Source: an uncultured virus (IMG/VR IMGVR_UViG_3300018421_000020) (taxonomy: Duplodnaviria > Heunggongvirae > Uroviricota > Caudoviricetes). Taken from it: DNA of 64,000 bases. The stretch's first letter is position 1; each line of letters starts with the position of its first letter. Where the stretch lies: the IMG/VR virus record IMGVR_UViG_3300018421_000020. One strand, given 5' to 3'. Made by a program: the position numbers and the translations under genes. The notes below the pieces were generated by a model. The model made no database searches, had not been told where the DNA came from, and saw only the letters and a list, made by a program, of their open reading frames with translations. Below are positions 8,790 through 18,352 of the stretch, in pieces.

Positions 8790-9081
8790 CAGGTTTATCT
8801 TGCTTGAACCAGTCTACAATTTCATCTGCGGAACCGAACCCCGTTCTGTAATTAGATGGGTCGGGGTCACCTAGTCCCATCTTATTCATAAAATCATCCA
8901 TACTGCCCTCCTGAATATCCTGAGCAGCACAACGGCGGGCTTTGTTTAACCAGTCTCTAGCAGTTGTGTATGACTTGGCAAGCTTCTCTGCCCAAACCAT
9001 ATCACTTAGTGGAACTTCCTCCTTGTTTGCTATCTTCTTACAAATACTCTCTAGTCGTAGTCTGTATTGTGTGGAAAGCAT
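8767..9081 (-). CDS. Conserved cyanophage-type hypothetical protein
   Basis: MLSTQYRLRLESIC...WAEKLAK...LGDPDPSN...WFKQDKPDDWRQRD. Confidence 0.75.
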   Translation of the reverse strand: MLSTQYRLRLESICKKIANKEEVPLSDMVWAEKLAKSYTTARDWLNKARRCAAQDIQEGSMDDFMNKMGLGDPDPSNYRTGFGSADEIVDWFKQDKPDDWRQRD

Positions 9082-9082
9082 G

Positions 9083-9280
9083 TTACTCGTCTGTCAGATA
9101 GTGCTCTAATTGATTGATCCTTTGGAACTCAGCATATGCTGCTTCCGAACGTAAATGAAGAATATCGCGAAGATCATCCATGATGAACGTCGGATCAACA
9201 CCGTCTTCAAGGTACTTGTCAATGGCTTCTTTGAGGTATCGGTATCTATGCCACTCTGCGGAATAGGGTTTGTAAGCCAT
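9083..9280 (-). CDS. Hypothetical protein
   Basis: MAYKPYSAEWHRYRYLKEAIDKY; downstream of a late promoter box. Confidence 0.7.
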   Translation of the reverse strand: MAYKPYSAEWHRYRYLKEAIDKYLEDGVDPTFIMDDLRDILHLRSEAAYAEFQRINQLEHYLTDE

Positions 9281-9296
9281 GATAAAAGAGAGGGTG

Positions 9297-9503
9297 TTAA
9301 CTATTTAGTGAGTCCGTAGCGATGTTTTCCTGACTGTCACTACCCGAAGAAGTTGGAGTGGGAAATCCAACCATAAATGCACCAGGGAAAGCCTTCTTAA
9401 AGTTAGAGCAAGCTCCCACTTGAGTGGCAGCATAAACGTGACCTTTAAGACGTTTAGAATCTCCCTTGTAATAGTATTCAAAATCCCACCTTGTAGCACT
9501 CAT
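9297..9503 (-). CDS. Hypothetical protein
   Basis: ORF track; ATGA overlap with the upstream gene. Confidence 0.6.
   Translation of the reverse strand: MSATRWDFEYYYKGDSKRLKGHVYAATQVGACSNFKKAFPGAFMVGFPTPTSSGSDSQENIATDSLNS
9302..9308 (-). promoter_or_regulatory. Late promoter CTAAATA
   Basis: tatttag on +, 22 nt upstream of the ORF at 9280. Confidence 0.55.
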
Positions 9504-11683
9504 GCAATTTGCTCCACAAACTTGTTCAAAATAGACTTGTTGGTCATCTTAGAATTCATGTGCTTCTTAAATGCACGAGTCAGTTCACCTGCAGTAGCAG
9601 ATTCACCTTTCTGTTTGATCTCCAAGTCTTGTTCTCCACCACCAATGTTGTTAGCAGGAAAGACGTACAGTTCGTCATATCCGTACTCAGTGATAGCACA
9701 GAACTTTTCCTTGGACCACTGCTTCTCATAAGCATCCATATGATGCCAAGAGATTTGATGCAGGATCGTAGTGAGATCGTGTTTGTTCCCGATGCGAATA
9801 CCAATCCAGTTGCAATCAGTAATATTATTGAAGAACGATACAATCTCTTTAGTGGTATAAGATGCATCGGGATTAAGGCGAGCAGTATGTCGGGTTACAG
9901 GATCTCGCAGAATAAAGATCTTGTGGTATTGATGGCAAAGATAATCCATACGATACCAAGGACCTTCTTCCTGAAAAGAGTTGGTGTTCTCGCGATAACG
10001 ATAGTTTTCATAAGAACACTCTCTCACATAGGAGAGGGGATTGGATTCCCCATCACTCAAGATAATAACATTAACTTTCTGAACTCCTTCAATCTTACGG
10101 AAAGATTTAATGATTTCAGTTGAGCACATAACTGCTTCACCGAGAGGAGTCCCACCCAGACTATATCTTGGGTGGGGATTCAGGTGATAACCATTCATGC
10201 TCCAGACGTGAGTCCACAGATATTTCATCTGATTATCAAGTTCTGAAGTAGTCATCTTAGAGGAGAAGAACTCATACAGTTCAAATGTCTCATTCAAACC
10301 CAGAACATTGCTCTTCAGGTTGAACATCTTCTGCTCATTGAGTGGCAATTTGTGATAACCACTGTTGAAGGCATACACACGGAAGGGAATGTTGACTTTC
10401 TTACAGAACCAAATAAGGTTGTAAGTCTGCTTCAGAGTATCAGTCAGAAGAGTTCCTGTCGGGGTAGAGGAAGACATAGAACCAGACCAGTCAAGATACA
10501 TGACCAGTCCATGATTCTTACCTTCAGGGACCGTGACAACTTTCTTAAAGATGTCGTCAGTCAGTTTGTATTTGTACAGAGAATTGGTGTTGACAACGCC
10601 AGTACGAGAGACACCTGCACGAGCATAGACATCTGCAGACTTCTTCATCTCAAACTGCTTAACCATGTAGTTAACAGTTTTGAGTGACGAATGTTTGAAC
10701 TCGTTAAACTTTTTGAACTGAAATGCAACTTGTTTTGTTTGATGCTGCATATCAATCTCACTTTCCCATTTACGGTTGAAGTGGGACTTCAAATCAGATA
10801 CAACTTGTTTGTAAGGAGTGATGATTTCCTTGATATTCACTTGAGGAAGATCAAGATAGATCCACTCCTTAGCGTTGTCATCCACCAAATCTAACTGTGA
10901 ACGTTGAGATGCAGCATCAGTGATGCTTTCCAGTTCATCAGTATCCCCACCAATATCACCACGCTCATAACTTGGGACATCCAGTTGAGCAGGATCGTTA
11001 CTAGCGTCATCATCACGATCTTCAGTGTCTTCATCAGAATTATCAAATTCTGATGGATCGGAACTGGTGGGTTGTTGCTCTGCACCAGGACCAGACTGAG
11101 TGTTGGAGGGTTTGATATCTGGAAGATCAGTAGGTTCTTCAACCATCTTACTCTTTGCAAACTCATAGAGTTCGGAAGCAAGATTAACTACATCTCGGAA
11201 CGTAACCGTTTTAGCAACACGCTCAATCCAGGGTTTCTCTTCATCCGAGAAAGGAATCTCAACAAAGGAACCAATCTTGAAGTGCAAATTGATACGATCA
11301 ATCAGCGCAAGAGTATCCAGACTGCGGGCATTGATACCGAAAAAGTCGCGGTCCATCAGTTCGGTATACCCACGATAGAAGGAACGCTTCAAACCAGGAT
11401 AAGTGACTTTCATCTTACGCTCAATACGAGCGTCTTCCAGAACGTTCACAAAATCCTTTGGAGCGTCGCCAAAGTCTTCGTTAGGGGTATACAGAGCATG
11501 ACCCACCTCATGACCAACCAGAAGGTCGTACACGTCGTTGCTGACATCCACCCAGATGGGGAGTGCTAGGATGCGACGATCTACATCAAAGTATGCGGTG
11601 GTGATTTTACGGTGTTCAACATTGAGGTTTTCGGTTGCCAGAAGTTTGGCGAGTTGACCCTTGACCTCTGTGTTGACTGCCAT
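9500..11683 (-). CDS. CobT-like protein: HExxH metallopeptidase-like domain, acidic linker and vWA domain
   Basis: LVGHEVGHALYT...NVLEDARIE; MIDAS-like YLDWSGSM...GGTPL...ILSDGE; ATG at 11683 fits the promoter. Confidence 0.85.
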   Translation of the reverse strand: MAVNTEVKGQLAKLLATENLNVEHRKITTAYFDVDRRILALPIWVDVSNDVYDLLVGHEVGHALYTPNEDFGDAPKDFVNVLEDARIERKMKVTYPGLKRSFYRGYTELMDRDFFGINARSLDTLALIDRINLHFKIGSFVEIPFSDEEKPWIERVAKTVTFRDVVNLASELYEFAKSKMVEEPTDLPDIKPSNTQSGPGAEQQPTSSDPSEFDNSDEDTEDRDDDASNDPAQLDVPSYERGDIGGDTDELESITDAASQRSQLDLVDDNAKEWIYLDLPQVNIKEIITPYKQVVSDLKSHFNRKWESEIDMQHQTKQVAFQFKKFNEFKHSSLKTVNYMVKQFEMKKSADVYARAGVSRTGVVNTNSLYKYKLTDDIFKKVVTVPEGKNHGLVMYLDWSGSMSSSTPTGTLLTDTLKQTYNLIWFCKKVNIPFRVYAFNSGYHKLPLNEQKMFNLKSNVLGLNETFELYEFFSSKMTTSELDNQMKYLWTHVWSMNGYHLNPHPRYSLGGTPLGEAVMCSTEIIKSFRKIEGVQKVNVIILSDGESNPLSYVRECSYENYRYRENTNSFQEEGPWYRMDYLCHQYHKIFILRDPVTRHTARLNPDASYTTKEIVSFFNNITDCNWIGIRIGNKHDLTTILHQISWHHMDAYEKQWSKEKFCAITEYGYDELYVFPANNIGGGEQDLEIKQKGESATAGELTRAFKKHMNSKMTNKSILNKFVEQIA

Positions 11684-11704
11684 CGGTTGCCTGCGGTTGT
11701 ACCT

Positions 11705-11733
11705 ATCATACCATGCAGGGGACCTAGACGCAA
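11705..11733 (-). promoter_or_regulatory. Sigma70-like early promoter for the peptidase-vWA gene
   Basis: TTGCGT-17nt-TATGAT on minus, preceded by AAGTGGCATACCCCC. Confidence 0.75.
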
Positions 11734-11748
11734 GGGGGTATGCCACTT

Positions 11749-11883
11749 TTATTTGTGTCTATATCTGTGCGGGTTCTTCAATGAGTCATGGCAGTAGAAC
11801 GCAATCGGTGCGAACATGGATGTTGCCATGACACAAATAACTATTGGATGCTGACTGACCCAGTGTACTACGTTATGGATCAT
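11749..11883 (-). CDS. Small hypothetical membrane protein (44 aa)
   Basis: Read manually: MIHNVVHWVSQHPIVICVMATSMFAPIAFYCHDSLKNPHRYRHK*; fills the gap after g46. Confidence 0.5.
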   Translation of the reverse strand: MIHNVVHWVSQHPIVICVMATSMFAPIAFYCHDSLKNPHRYRHK

Positions 11884-13591
11884 AGGAAAGTTTAGAGAAA
11901 TCGTTGACCTTTTCAAACTTAATAGTTCTCATGAATTTGTCAACAAGGATCTCTCCTTTATGTGATATCACAAACAGATTGACCTTTTCCAAACCTCTAA
12001 GGATTTTTAGTAGTTCCTGGGTGGAAGAATCATCAAGAGAACTATCAAATACCTCATCCAGAATCAACAGATTCGTAGAGGCAGAGTTCTTCATGCGAGC
12101 AACTTCACGCCAGGTAAACAAGAGTGCAAGATCAATCTTCTGTTTCTCACCTTCAGAGAAGGATGAGTAAGAGAAGTCATCTCTAAAACGAGACTTAATG
12201 ACTTCATTGAACTCATTGTCAAGGGTGAAGTTCACATAGAACTCCATACTTTGTAAATATTTATTGATCAATTGGTTGAAAACTGGAACATATTTGTTGA
12301 TCACCGTAGATTTTATACCAGAATCTTTTAACAAATAGGATACAGTTTGATATTCCGTCAGTTGTTTGTTGATTTCAGAACAATTCTTCTCAGTTTGTTG
12401 TAATTCATTCTTAAGAGAATCTAGAATTTCATTTTCCTCTTGTACGTTAGGTTGAAATTCTTTTAGATTTTGTATTTGTTGTTGAAGTTTTAGATTTAAT
12501 TTACCAAGATTGATAATGTCACGATCCTTCTGCGATACAGAGGTTTGGAGATCCATCAACTGACGATTGACCTGATTGATTTCACTCAGGTTCTTCACAA
12601 CCAAATCAATCTGAGTCTCTAGTTTACCAAGACCATCAGTATACTTTGCACTCTCCTCAGTAAGAGAAGAACACTTGTGGTTCTTCAGATCATCCTCAAT
12701 ATCCTGACTACAGGTAGGACAGGTATTATTTTCAGTGAAGAACTTCAGTTCTCGTGAAACAGTATTATGCTTTGACTGAATTTTTGAGCGAAGATTCTTC
12801 AATTTGTCCAGATCCTTCTGAACAGAATCATATCCCTCTACTTCCTTCTGCTTAACAGAGATCAACTCAAACAGTTCAGACTTCTCTGTCTCCAGACTCA
12901 GTGCTCGGTTCTCATTATTTACAATCTCATCTTCTTTCTCACGCACACGCTCATCATTGATCTCTGCCAGTTTGGCAATGTGCTTCTCTTGAGTTTCAAC
13001 CTTAGTCTCTGCCAAGGTCAACATGTGATCACAGTCACGTCCACGCTCAGTCGCATCCTTGACACGATCTTTGAGCAAAGTGTTCATTACTGAAAAGATC
13101 TGGATGTCAAGTAGATCTTCAATAACTTCTCGTCGGTGAGCGGCAGGGAGCTGCATGAAGGGGACAAAAGTTGATGATCCAAGTATAACGACTTGAGTAA
13201 ATGACTTGAAATTGAGTTTGAGGACTGACTGCTCCAGATACTTTTGGTAGTCTTTCGCTGCAGCATCTTGGTCAACCAGTTTGTCATTTTCGTAAATCTC
13301 AAATTTGCCAGGTTTAATGGTGCGCCGCACCAAATAAGTCTTGCCGTTTGTTTCAAACTCTACTTCAACAACAGTGCCTTTCTCATTGACACTGTTAACC
13401 AATTGGGGTTTGTTGATCTTACGGAACGGTTTGTTGAACAAAACAAAGCACAGGGCGTCCAACATAGTAGACTTCCCTGCGCCGTTGGTTCCGATGACCA
13501 GAGTAGAACTGCAATCATTCAGAACAATTTCGGTGAACTGATCCCCTGTACTAAGGAAGTTCTTCCACCGAATCTTTTGAAAGGTAATCAT
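11873..13591 (-). CDS. g46: Recombination endonuclease subunit gp46 (Rad50/SbcC-like ATPase)
   Basis: GTNGAGKST, CPTC zinc hook, FSEGEK, LILDE, ISH. Confidence 0.97.
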   Translation of the reverse strand: MITFQKIRWKNFLSTGDQFTEIVLNDCSSTLVIGTNGAGKSTMLDALCFVLFNKPFRKINKPQLVNSVNEKGTVVEVEFETNGKTYLVRRTIKPGKFEIYENDKLVDQDAAAKDYQKYLEQSVLKLNFKSFTQVVILGSSTFVPFMQLPAAHRREVIEDLLDIQIFSVMNTLLKDRVKDATERGRDCDHMLTLAETKVETQEKHIAKLAEINDERVREKEDEIVNNENRALSLETEKSELFELISVKQKEVEGYDSVQKDLDKLKNLRSKIQSKHNTVSRELKFFTENNTCPTCSQDIEDDLKNHKCSSLTEESAKYTDGLGKLETQIDLVVKNLSEINQVNRQLMDLQTSVSQKDRDIINLGKLNLKLQQQIQNLKEFQPNVQEENEILDSLKNELQQTEKNCSEINKQLTEYQTVSYLLKDSGIKSTVINKYVPVFNQLINKYLQSMEFYVNFTLDNEFNEVIKSRFRDDFSYSSFSEGEKQKIDLALLFTWREVARMKNSASTNLLILDEVFDSSLDDSSTQELLKILRGLEKVNLFVISHKGEILVDKFMRTIKFEKVNDFSKLSYDP

Positions 13592-13845
13592 ACAGGGGGG
13601 ATAACTAGTTCATCGGGTTTAATTATACCATAAGAGTATCCATATTGCACGCAATTTGCAACAACAATATCCAAATCAATCTCATGGATTTTTAGTTCTT
13701 CGTCCTCAGGATCTTCTCTTGCTTCCAACAGACCTAGATATCTCTCAGCGTCTTCCAACTCTTGAAATATCTGCACAACTTTTTTGGAGTCTTTAGTACG
13801 AACTGCATATACTCCGTCTGTTTTCTCGTCTACTAATATGAACAT
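13588..13845 (-). CDS. Conserved hypothetical protein between g47 and g46
   Basis: GVYAV...FQELEDAERY...IIKPDELVIPP. Confidence 0.75.
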   Translation of the reverse strand: MFILVDEKTDGVYAVRTKDSKKVVQIFQELEDAERYLGLLEAREDPEDEELKIHEIDLDIVVANCVQYGYSYGIIKPDELVIPPV

Positions 13846-14864
13846 GCTTCTACATACAAAGACTTCATGATCGCTTTGATACTGTTTTTGTCAGCCATAA
13901 CGTCTATATCATCTATGTAGTTCTCTAGCATGGTGAGAGTATCTTCGGTTTCCAGTATCTCAACTCCAGATTCCAAGTCAACACCAAGATCTTCAACAAT
14001 CTTTAGATCTGCAGGTTCAGCATCTTGCAACGCTCTGAGGGTATGATCAAACTTGATTTGTTCACCCTTCTCTTCAACAATAAGTTTGACGTAGGTGCCC
14101 TTGATCTGTTCAGGATCAAACTCCAAACCATCTCGGTAATAGAGTTTGTAGAACATGTCAAAGGGATTACGATAGAAGGTAGTCTTCAACGTATCGGTAT
14201 CAAAGATATGGAAACCACGCTTCTGTGCATAGTCGTTCCAATACAACTGGTATGGGTTACCCAGATATTGAATATTTCCCTTCTTAGACTTCTGATGGAA
14301 ATGACCTGAGAACACCTTCTTAAACTTACCAAAGATGTTTGGGTCCATGCCACCAGTCATCACCGCACCAGGATGAGCTTCAAACCCGTCAAGCTCAAGA
14401 TGGCCCATGCAGACATCAGCAGAACTGTTTGAGATTTCACTGTAAGTTCCATCTCGGTTTCCATCACAAATCCAAGGAAGAAGAAGTATATTACAACCAT
14501 CAAAGTCAACGCTAGTAACGGTATCGTAGACTCGGATGTTGTTGTATTCTCCCAATAGTTCTCTTGGAGCATTGATGCGAAGAGTGTTCTTATAGTAGAT
14601 ATCATGATTCCCTACTAGCATGTGCATCGTGACACCCATACTATTGAGCGGTGAGAACCACATCTCTTTCGCTTCATCAAGTGACATAAAGTTGATACTC
14701 TTGCGTTTGTCAAAAGTATCGCCTAAGCAGATCACATCTTTGATCCCGTAGTTCTTAATGAACGGGATTACAATTTCTCCATAAAACTTTTTATACATGT
14801 TGATGTACGCTTGATTGTCATTGCGTACACCGAAGTGCTGATCGGTAATCAGTAAAATCTTCAA
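13833..14864 (-). CDS. g47: Recombination endonuclease subunit gp47 (Mre11/SbcD-like)
   Basis: TDQHFG, LGDTFD, GNHD, SGHFH; TTG start. Confidence 0.97.
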   Translation of the reverse strand: MKILLITDQHFGVRNDNQAYINMYKKFYGEIVIPFIKNYGIKDVICLGDTFDKRKSINFMSLDEAKEMWFSPLNSMGVTMHMLVGNHDIYYKNTLRINAPRELLGEYNNIRVYDTVTSVDFDGCNILLLPWICDGNRDGTYSEISNSSADVCMGHLELDGFEAHPGAVMTGGMDPNIFGKFKKVFSGHFHQKSKKGNIQYLGNPYQLYWNDYAQKRGFHIFDTDTLKTTFYRNPFDMFYKLYYRDGLEFDPEQIKGTYVKLIVEEKGEQIKFDHTLRALQDAEPADLKIVEDLGVDLESGVEILETEDTLTMLENYIDDIDVMADKNSIKAIMKSLYVEACSY

Positions 14865-14865
14865 G

Positions 14866-15348
14866 TCAATATCCTCTGGAGTTTATCTCAATGCGAGATT
14901 TGATTTGATTATACTCAGAGTTTGAATCACCGTCAACCGCAAACACCTCACTAGCACCAGACTTTTCAATAATCTTATCGCGGATTTCCATCTGACGTTT
15001 CTCCTTTGCGATTCTTCTCAGAAAGGCAAAATAAACAATCTGTGTAAAATATGCAAAAGGATTGCTAGATTTAGCAGGATCAAAATTGTCAATATACTGA
15101 ATGCAGTTTTCAACTCCATCACAAATCATATCGTCCTTGTACATATAGTTGATGAAGTTAGGACGATATGACAGGTGTGTTGCAATTTTTAAGAAACAAC
15201 TGCCAATATAATTGTTGACTCTGGGTTTTGGTTGACCATTTATTTCAGCACGCTTTACTCTTGCCCTGTACTTTTCCAGTTCAGCAAGGAATTCTTTATT
15301 GTTTAGATAATGTTCTTTCTTCCTGGCGGGCATCGGTTTTGTATACAT
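14866..15348 (-). CDS. g55: Late transcription sigma factor gp55
   Basis: HYLNNKEF, IATHLSYRPNFINY.YKDDMI.DG.ENC, NPFAYFTQI. Confidence 0.97.
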   Translation of the reverse strand: MYTKPMPARKKEHYLNNKEFLAELEKYRARVKRAEINGQPKPRVNNYIGSCFLKIATHLSYRPNFINYMYKDDMICDGVENCIQYIDNFDPAKSSNPFAYFTQIVYFAFLRRIAKEKRQMEIRDKIIEKSGASEVFAVDGDSNSEYNQIKSRIEINSRGY

Positions 15349-15370
15349 TGTGCCTTTATCATGTATTCAA

Positions 15371-15399
15371 ATGATAACAGATCTTTATAGAGTTGTCAA
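15371..15399 (-). promoter_or_regulatory. Sigma70-like promoter for g55
   Basis: TTGACA-17nt-TATCAT on minus. Confidence 0.85.
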
Positions 15400-15401
15400 G
15401 C

Positions 15402-15430
15402 TTGACAGAACTCTGTTTTCTCTGTAGAAT
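15402..15430 (+). promoter_or_regulatory. Sigma70-like promoter firing antisense, toward uvsW
   Basis: TTGACA-17nt-TAGAAT on plus with TG before the -10; back-to-back with the g55 promoter. Confidence 0.75.
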
Positions 15431-15457
15431 AACAATGTCAGTTGTGAAAGACTCTTA

Positions 15458-15919
15458 TTAGCTATCTTTGAAGAGATCTTCAAGTCTTTTACGAGCTTCT
15501 GCAATCTTGCCGAGGGATCCTTCTACCTCGCCCATGTCAACCTTGAATTGATCAGCAACTTTTTGTTTAGTGTCTTCATCACCAGGATTGCCTCCTGCTT
15601 TTTGAGTTGCAAGATAAGATTCATATACAAAGATCATCTCCTTTGAGAGAGATGCAATAGTAAGAACTGCATCCTCACTAATAATGAAAAACTCTTCATC
15701 AGAGAAGTTTTGCCATTTGGTAAAACCCATACCCTTTACAGCTCTATCACCTTCAATCTCTTTAGTGAAAGTCTGTACTAGAAGTGGTTCTTCAATATAG
15801 ATAATGTCCTTGTTTGTTTCCTCATCTTGAGAAACAATTACTCGCCCAACGATTTCATCACCATTCATCAGTTTGATAGAACAGTGAAACTCTTCATCGT
15901 GTCTAACGTAATTCAGCAT
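15458..15919 (-). CDS. Conserved hypothetical protein downstream of uvsW
   Basis: EEFHCSIKLMNGDEIVG...GSLGKIAEARKRLEDLF; usual uvsW-g55 position. Confidence 0.8.
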   Translation of the reverse strand: MLNYVRHDEEFHCSIKLMNGDEIVGRVIVSQDEETNKDIIYIEEPLLVQTFTKEIEGDRAVKGMGFTKWQNFSDEEFFIISEDAVLTIASLSKEMIFVYESYLATQKAGGNPGDEDTKQKVADQFKVDMGEVEGSLGKIAEARKRLEDLFKDS

Positions 15920-15922
15920 AAG

Positions 15923-17383
15923 TTACCTTAGTTTTACGTCTATGATCTCATAATCAAATTTTTCCTCATTGTATACTTTGACTCTCTCAAACAAGTGATT
16001 CAAAGTATAGTTTCGGAAATTGTTTCTGGAAATGTCATCTGCAATGTCATACAACACTGCTTGATTTTTGTTTGCCCCTTTCCTCAGAACACGACCAATA
16101 GATTGAAGGTTCCTCACTCTGGACTTAGAAGGTGAAGCAAACACCACGTTATGTAATTTTTTGATGTTGATGCCTGTAGAGAAGGTGCCATAAGAGGCAA
16201 CGATGATGGTGTTATCAGATTGTTCTGTTAGAGAACGAATCTCTTCTCTATCATCTACGTCAACACCTCCATGCACAAAATGCACAGGACGGTTGATACT
16301 ACTATTTAGCAGGTCGTATAAAGGTTCCCCGTGCTTCTCTACATAGTTGAATAGCACAAGAGTGTTACCTGTCAAATCCTTTACGAGATTGCGGATAAAT
16401 TTATTGCGAGATTCATTGCCAACAAGGTACTCCATTTCATCCTGATAGGATGCAAAACTCTGGTACTCGTGCTTTAATACAAGTACCTTGACCTTCAGAT
16501 CTGCAACCTGACCTCTCTTCATCAACTCTTTAGTTCTAGTAACCTGAGTGCATCTACCAAACACTCCTTCCAAAACTAGTTGATTAGTCTCGGTTCCATC
16601 AAGCGTACCTGTAAATCCAATTCTATACTTACACTCATGCAACTTAGACATCAGAGAAGTAAGAGATTTAGCTTTGAACAGGTGCGCCTCGTCACCGATG
16701 ACGACATCAAACCTGTCAAACCACTTACGCGGTTCCTTGTACACAGATTGCCAAGTGGTAATTACTACGCTATGGTCCGTATATTTTTCATGCCCCGCGT
16801 ATATCTTGTGGCAATATTCGGACGCCATCCATCCATATTCCTCAAAGTCTTTGTACATTTGCTCCACCAGAGAAGTGGTGGGTACAACGATGAGAACGTT
16901 TCTATTGGCATTGAGGTGGAACCTCATGATCGCGTAAATCATCAAAGACTTACCGCTCGCAGTCGGAGACAGTAAGAGTCTGCGGTTGTGGCGCAGTGCT
17001 TCATAGATTCCAAGGAGTTGATAGTCCCTTGCCTTGAAAGGTAACCCTAGGGATTTTACAAAACCGTATACACCTTCTGGCGTAATTAGTTCATCCTCTT
17101 CTTTTGGGTGACCAAAGAATTTGCACTGCTCATATTCAAAACTATACCCCCTCTCAATGCACCAGTCTGTTAGGTAGTCAACTAGTCCAACATAGAGCTC
17201 TCCAGTTCCAGGAGAATACAATCTAATCTTTCCATCCCACTTTTTGTACCTGGCGTTCCGTTGCATGAACTTTGCCTGAGGCACATCAAACGTGAAATAA
17301 TCTGCCAGTTCATAGTTGATATGAGGTTCTGCCTGAACTTTCAGATAGACTTCATTCTTCTTACGGATAATCAAATCAGACAT
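15923..17383 (-). CDS. uvsW: UvsW RNA-DNA/DNA helicase (SF2)
   Basis: SPTASGKS, GDEAH, GFTGT, QSIGRVLR; ATG at 17383 preferred. Confidence 0.96.
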   Translation of the reverse strand: MSDLIIRKKNEVYLKVQAEPHINYELADYFTFDVPQAKFMQRNARYKKWDGKIRLYSPGTGELYVGLVDYLTDWCIERGYSFEYEQCKFFGHPKEEDELITPEGVYGFVKSLGLPFKARDYQLLGIYEALRHNRRLLLSPTASGKSLMIYAIMRFHLNANRNVLIVVPTTSLVEQMYKDFEEYGWMASEYCHKIYAGHEKYTDHSVVITTWQSVYKEPRKWFDRFDVVIGDEAHLFKAKSLTSLMSKLHECKYRIGFTGTLDGTETNQLVLEGVFGRCTQVTRTKELMKRGQVADLKVKVLVLKHEYQSFASYQDEMEYLVGNESRNKFIRNLVKDLTGNTLVLFNYVEKHGEPLYDLLNSSINRPVHFVHGGVDVDDREEIRSLTEQSDNTIIVASYGTFSTGINIKKLHNVVFASPSKSRVRNLQSIGRVLRKGANKNQAVLYDIADDISRNNFRNYTLNHLFERVKVYNEEKFDYEIIDVKLR

Positions 17384-17924
17384 AAGGTGGTCCACTAAAC
17401 CATGCTACAAGGGATTTTCTGACTCCAGATCGTACGGGACGAACTCTGTGCCATGTATCGGAAAGGAAAAATAATGCGGTTCCTTCCTTCAACTTAAATG
17501 CTTTACTGCGGTTGTTATACTCTGGTTTATATAGGTCCAAATCAAACTCCCCTCCTTCATAGTCCTCATTGAGGAAGAGTGACATACTAATTTTACGAAC
17601 CCTATCTCTCCTATTGTCATGCTGATCTGCGTGCCAACTATAGTGTCCACCTTCAGGATATATTCCAAACTGCACAGGTTCAATATGATTGATTGCAAGA
17701 TTCCATCCCGCATCTTTATTCACCTGTTGACACATAGAAAAAAGCATGGTCAAAAGACTTCTGTCATTCAACCATGCTATTTCGCTTTTTCTTATTGGAT
17801 TATCTGAGTTATTTAATTGTGCGTCCTGCCATTTAAGATCGGTTTTAGATATTGATCTATAAACCTGCTTCATTGCAGATTCATTAAAAACTACCGTACG
17901 ATAAGGTTCACCATAAAATAACAT
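17376..17924 (-). CDS. 2OG-Fe(II) oxygenase (prolyl-hydroxylase/PKHD-like)
   Basis: YSWHAD (HxD), RKISMSLFL, YEGGEF, WHRVRPV, RKSLVAW. Confidence 0.88.
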   Translation of the reverse strand: MLFYGEPYRTVVFNESAMKQVYRSISKTDLKWQDAQLNNSDNPIRKSEIAWLNDRSLLTMLFSMCQQVNKDAGWNLAINHIEPVQFGIYPEGGHYSWHADQHDNRRDRVRKISMSLFLNEDYEGGEFDLDLYKPEYNNRSKAFKLKEGTALFFLSDTWHRVRPVRSGVRKSLVAWFSGPPYV

Positions 17925-18352
17925 TAAAATCCCGCCTTAAACTTTTCCCACTCAATCGCGTTCTTAATTTGATAACCGCGACCGTTAATCATGCGTATAA
18001 CTGAATCCAAATAATTCAGACACACCTCTATGTAGGACAGTTTAGAACGGCACTTTTGAATATCCTTGTCAGCATTGACAAAGGTCTCAATCTCATCTCT
18101 AGTTGTAAGTTTGAGATCAAATGGCATTTCGGCATACACTTTTGTTGGTGCTTTACCTTTGTAGTAAATCCACTTGTCTCGCAATAATGTATTCAGTTCA
18201 GACTCTCTTTCAATCTTCATCATAGCAAAGGTGTTGAGAAGAGAGTGGTATTTTGCGTGGAGGTTTGAAGTTTTAACCGACTCTTCGCAATAAAGGTCAG
18301 TGTCAATTTGACTGTCCTTCTCCCACATTTTTTGAAGTTCTTCTAGATTCAT
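17924..18352 (-). CDS. uvsY: Recombination mediator UvsY
   Basis: MNLEELQKMWEKDSQID...LHAKY...YYKGKA...RGYQIKNAIEW.KF. Confidence 0.93.
   Translation of the reverse strand: MNLEELQKMWEKDSQIDTDLYCEESVKTSNLHAKYHSLLNTFAMMKIERESELNTLLRDKWIYYKGKAPTKVYAEMPFDLKLTTRDEIETFVNADKDIQKCRSKLSYIEVCLNYLDSVIRMINGRGYQIKNAIEWEKFKAGF

Noticed and set aside
9305..9499. Alternative-frame 64-aa ORF overlapping 9297-9503
   Set aside because: The other frame has an ATG coupled to the upstream stop; nothing supports this one
12258..12264. ATAAATA inside g46
   Set aside because: Mid-gene in an AT-rich coiled-coil stretch with no nearby start; likely chance
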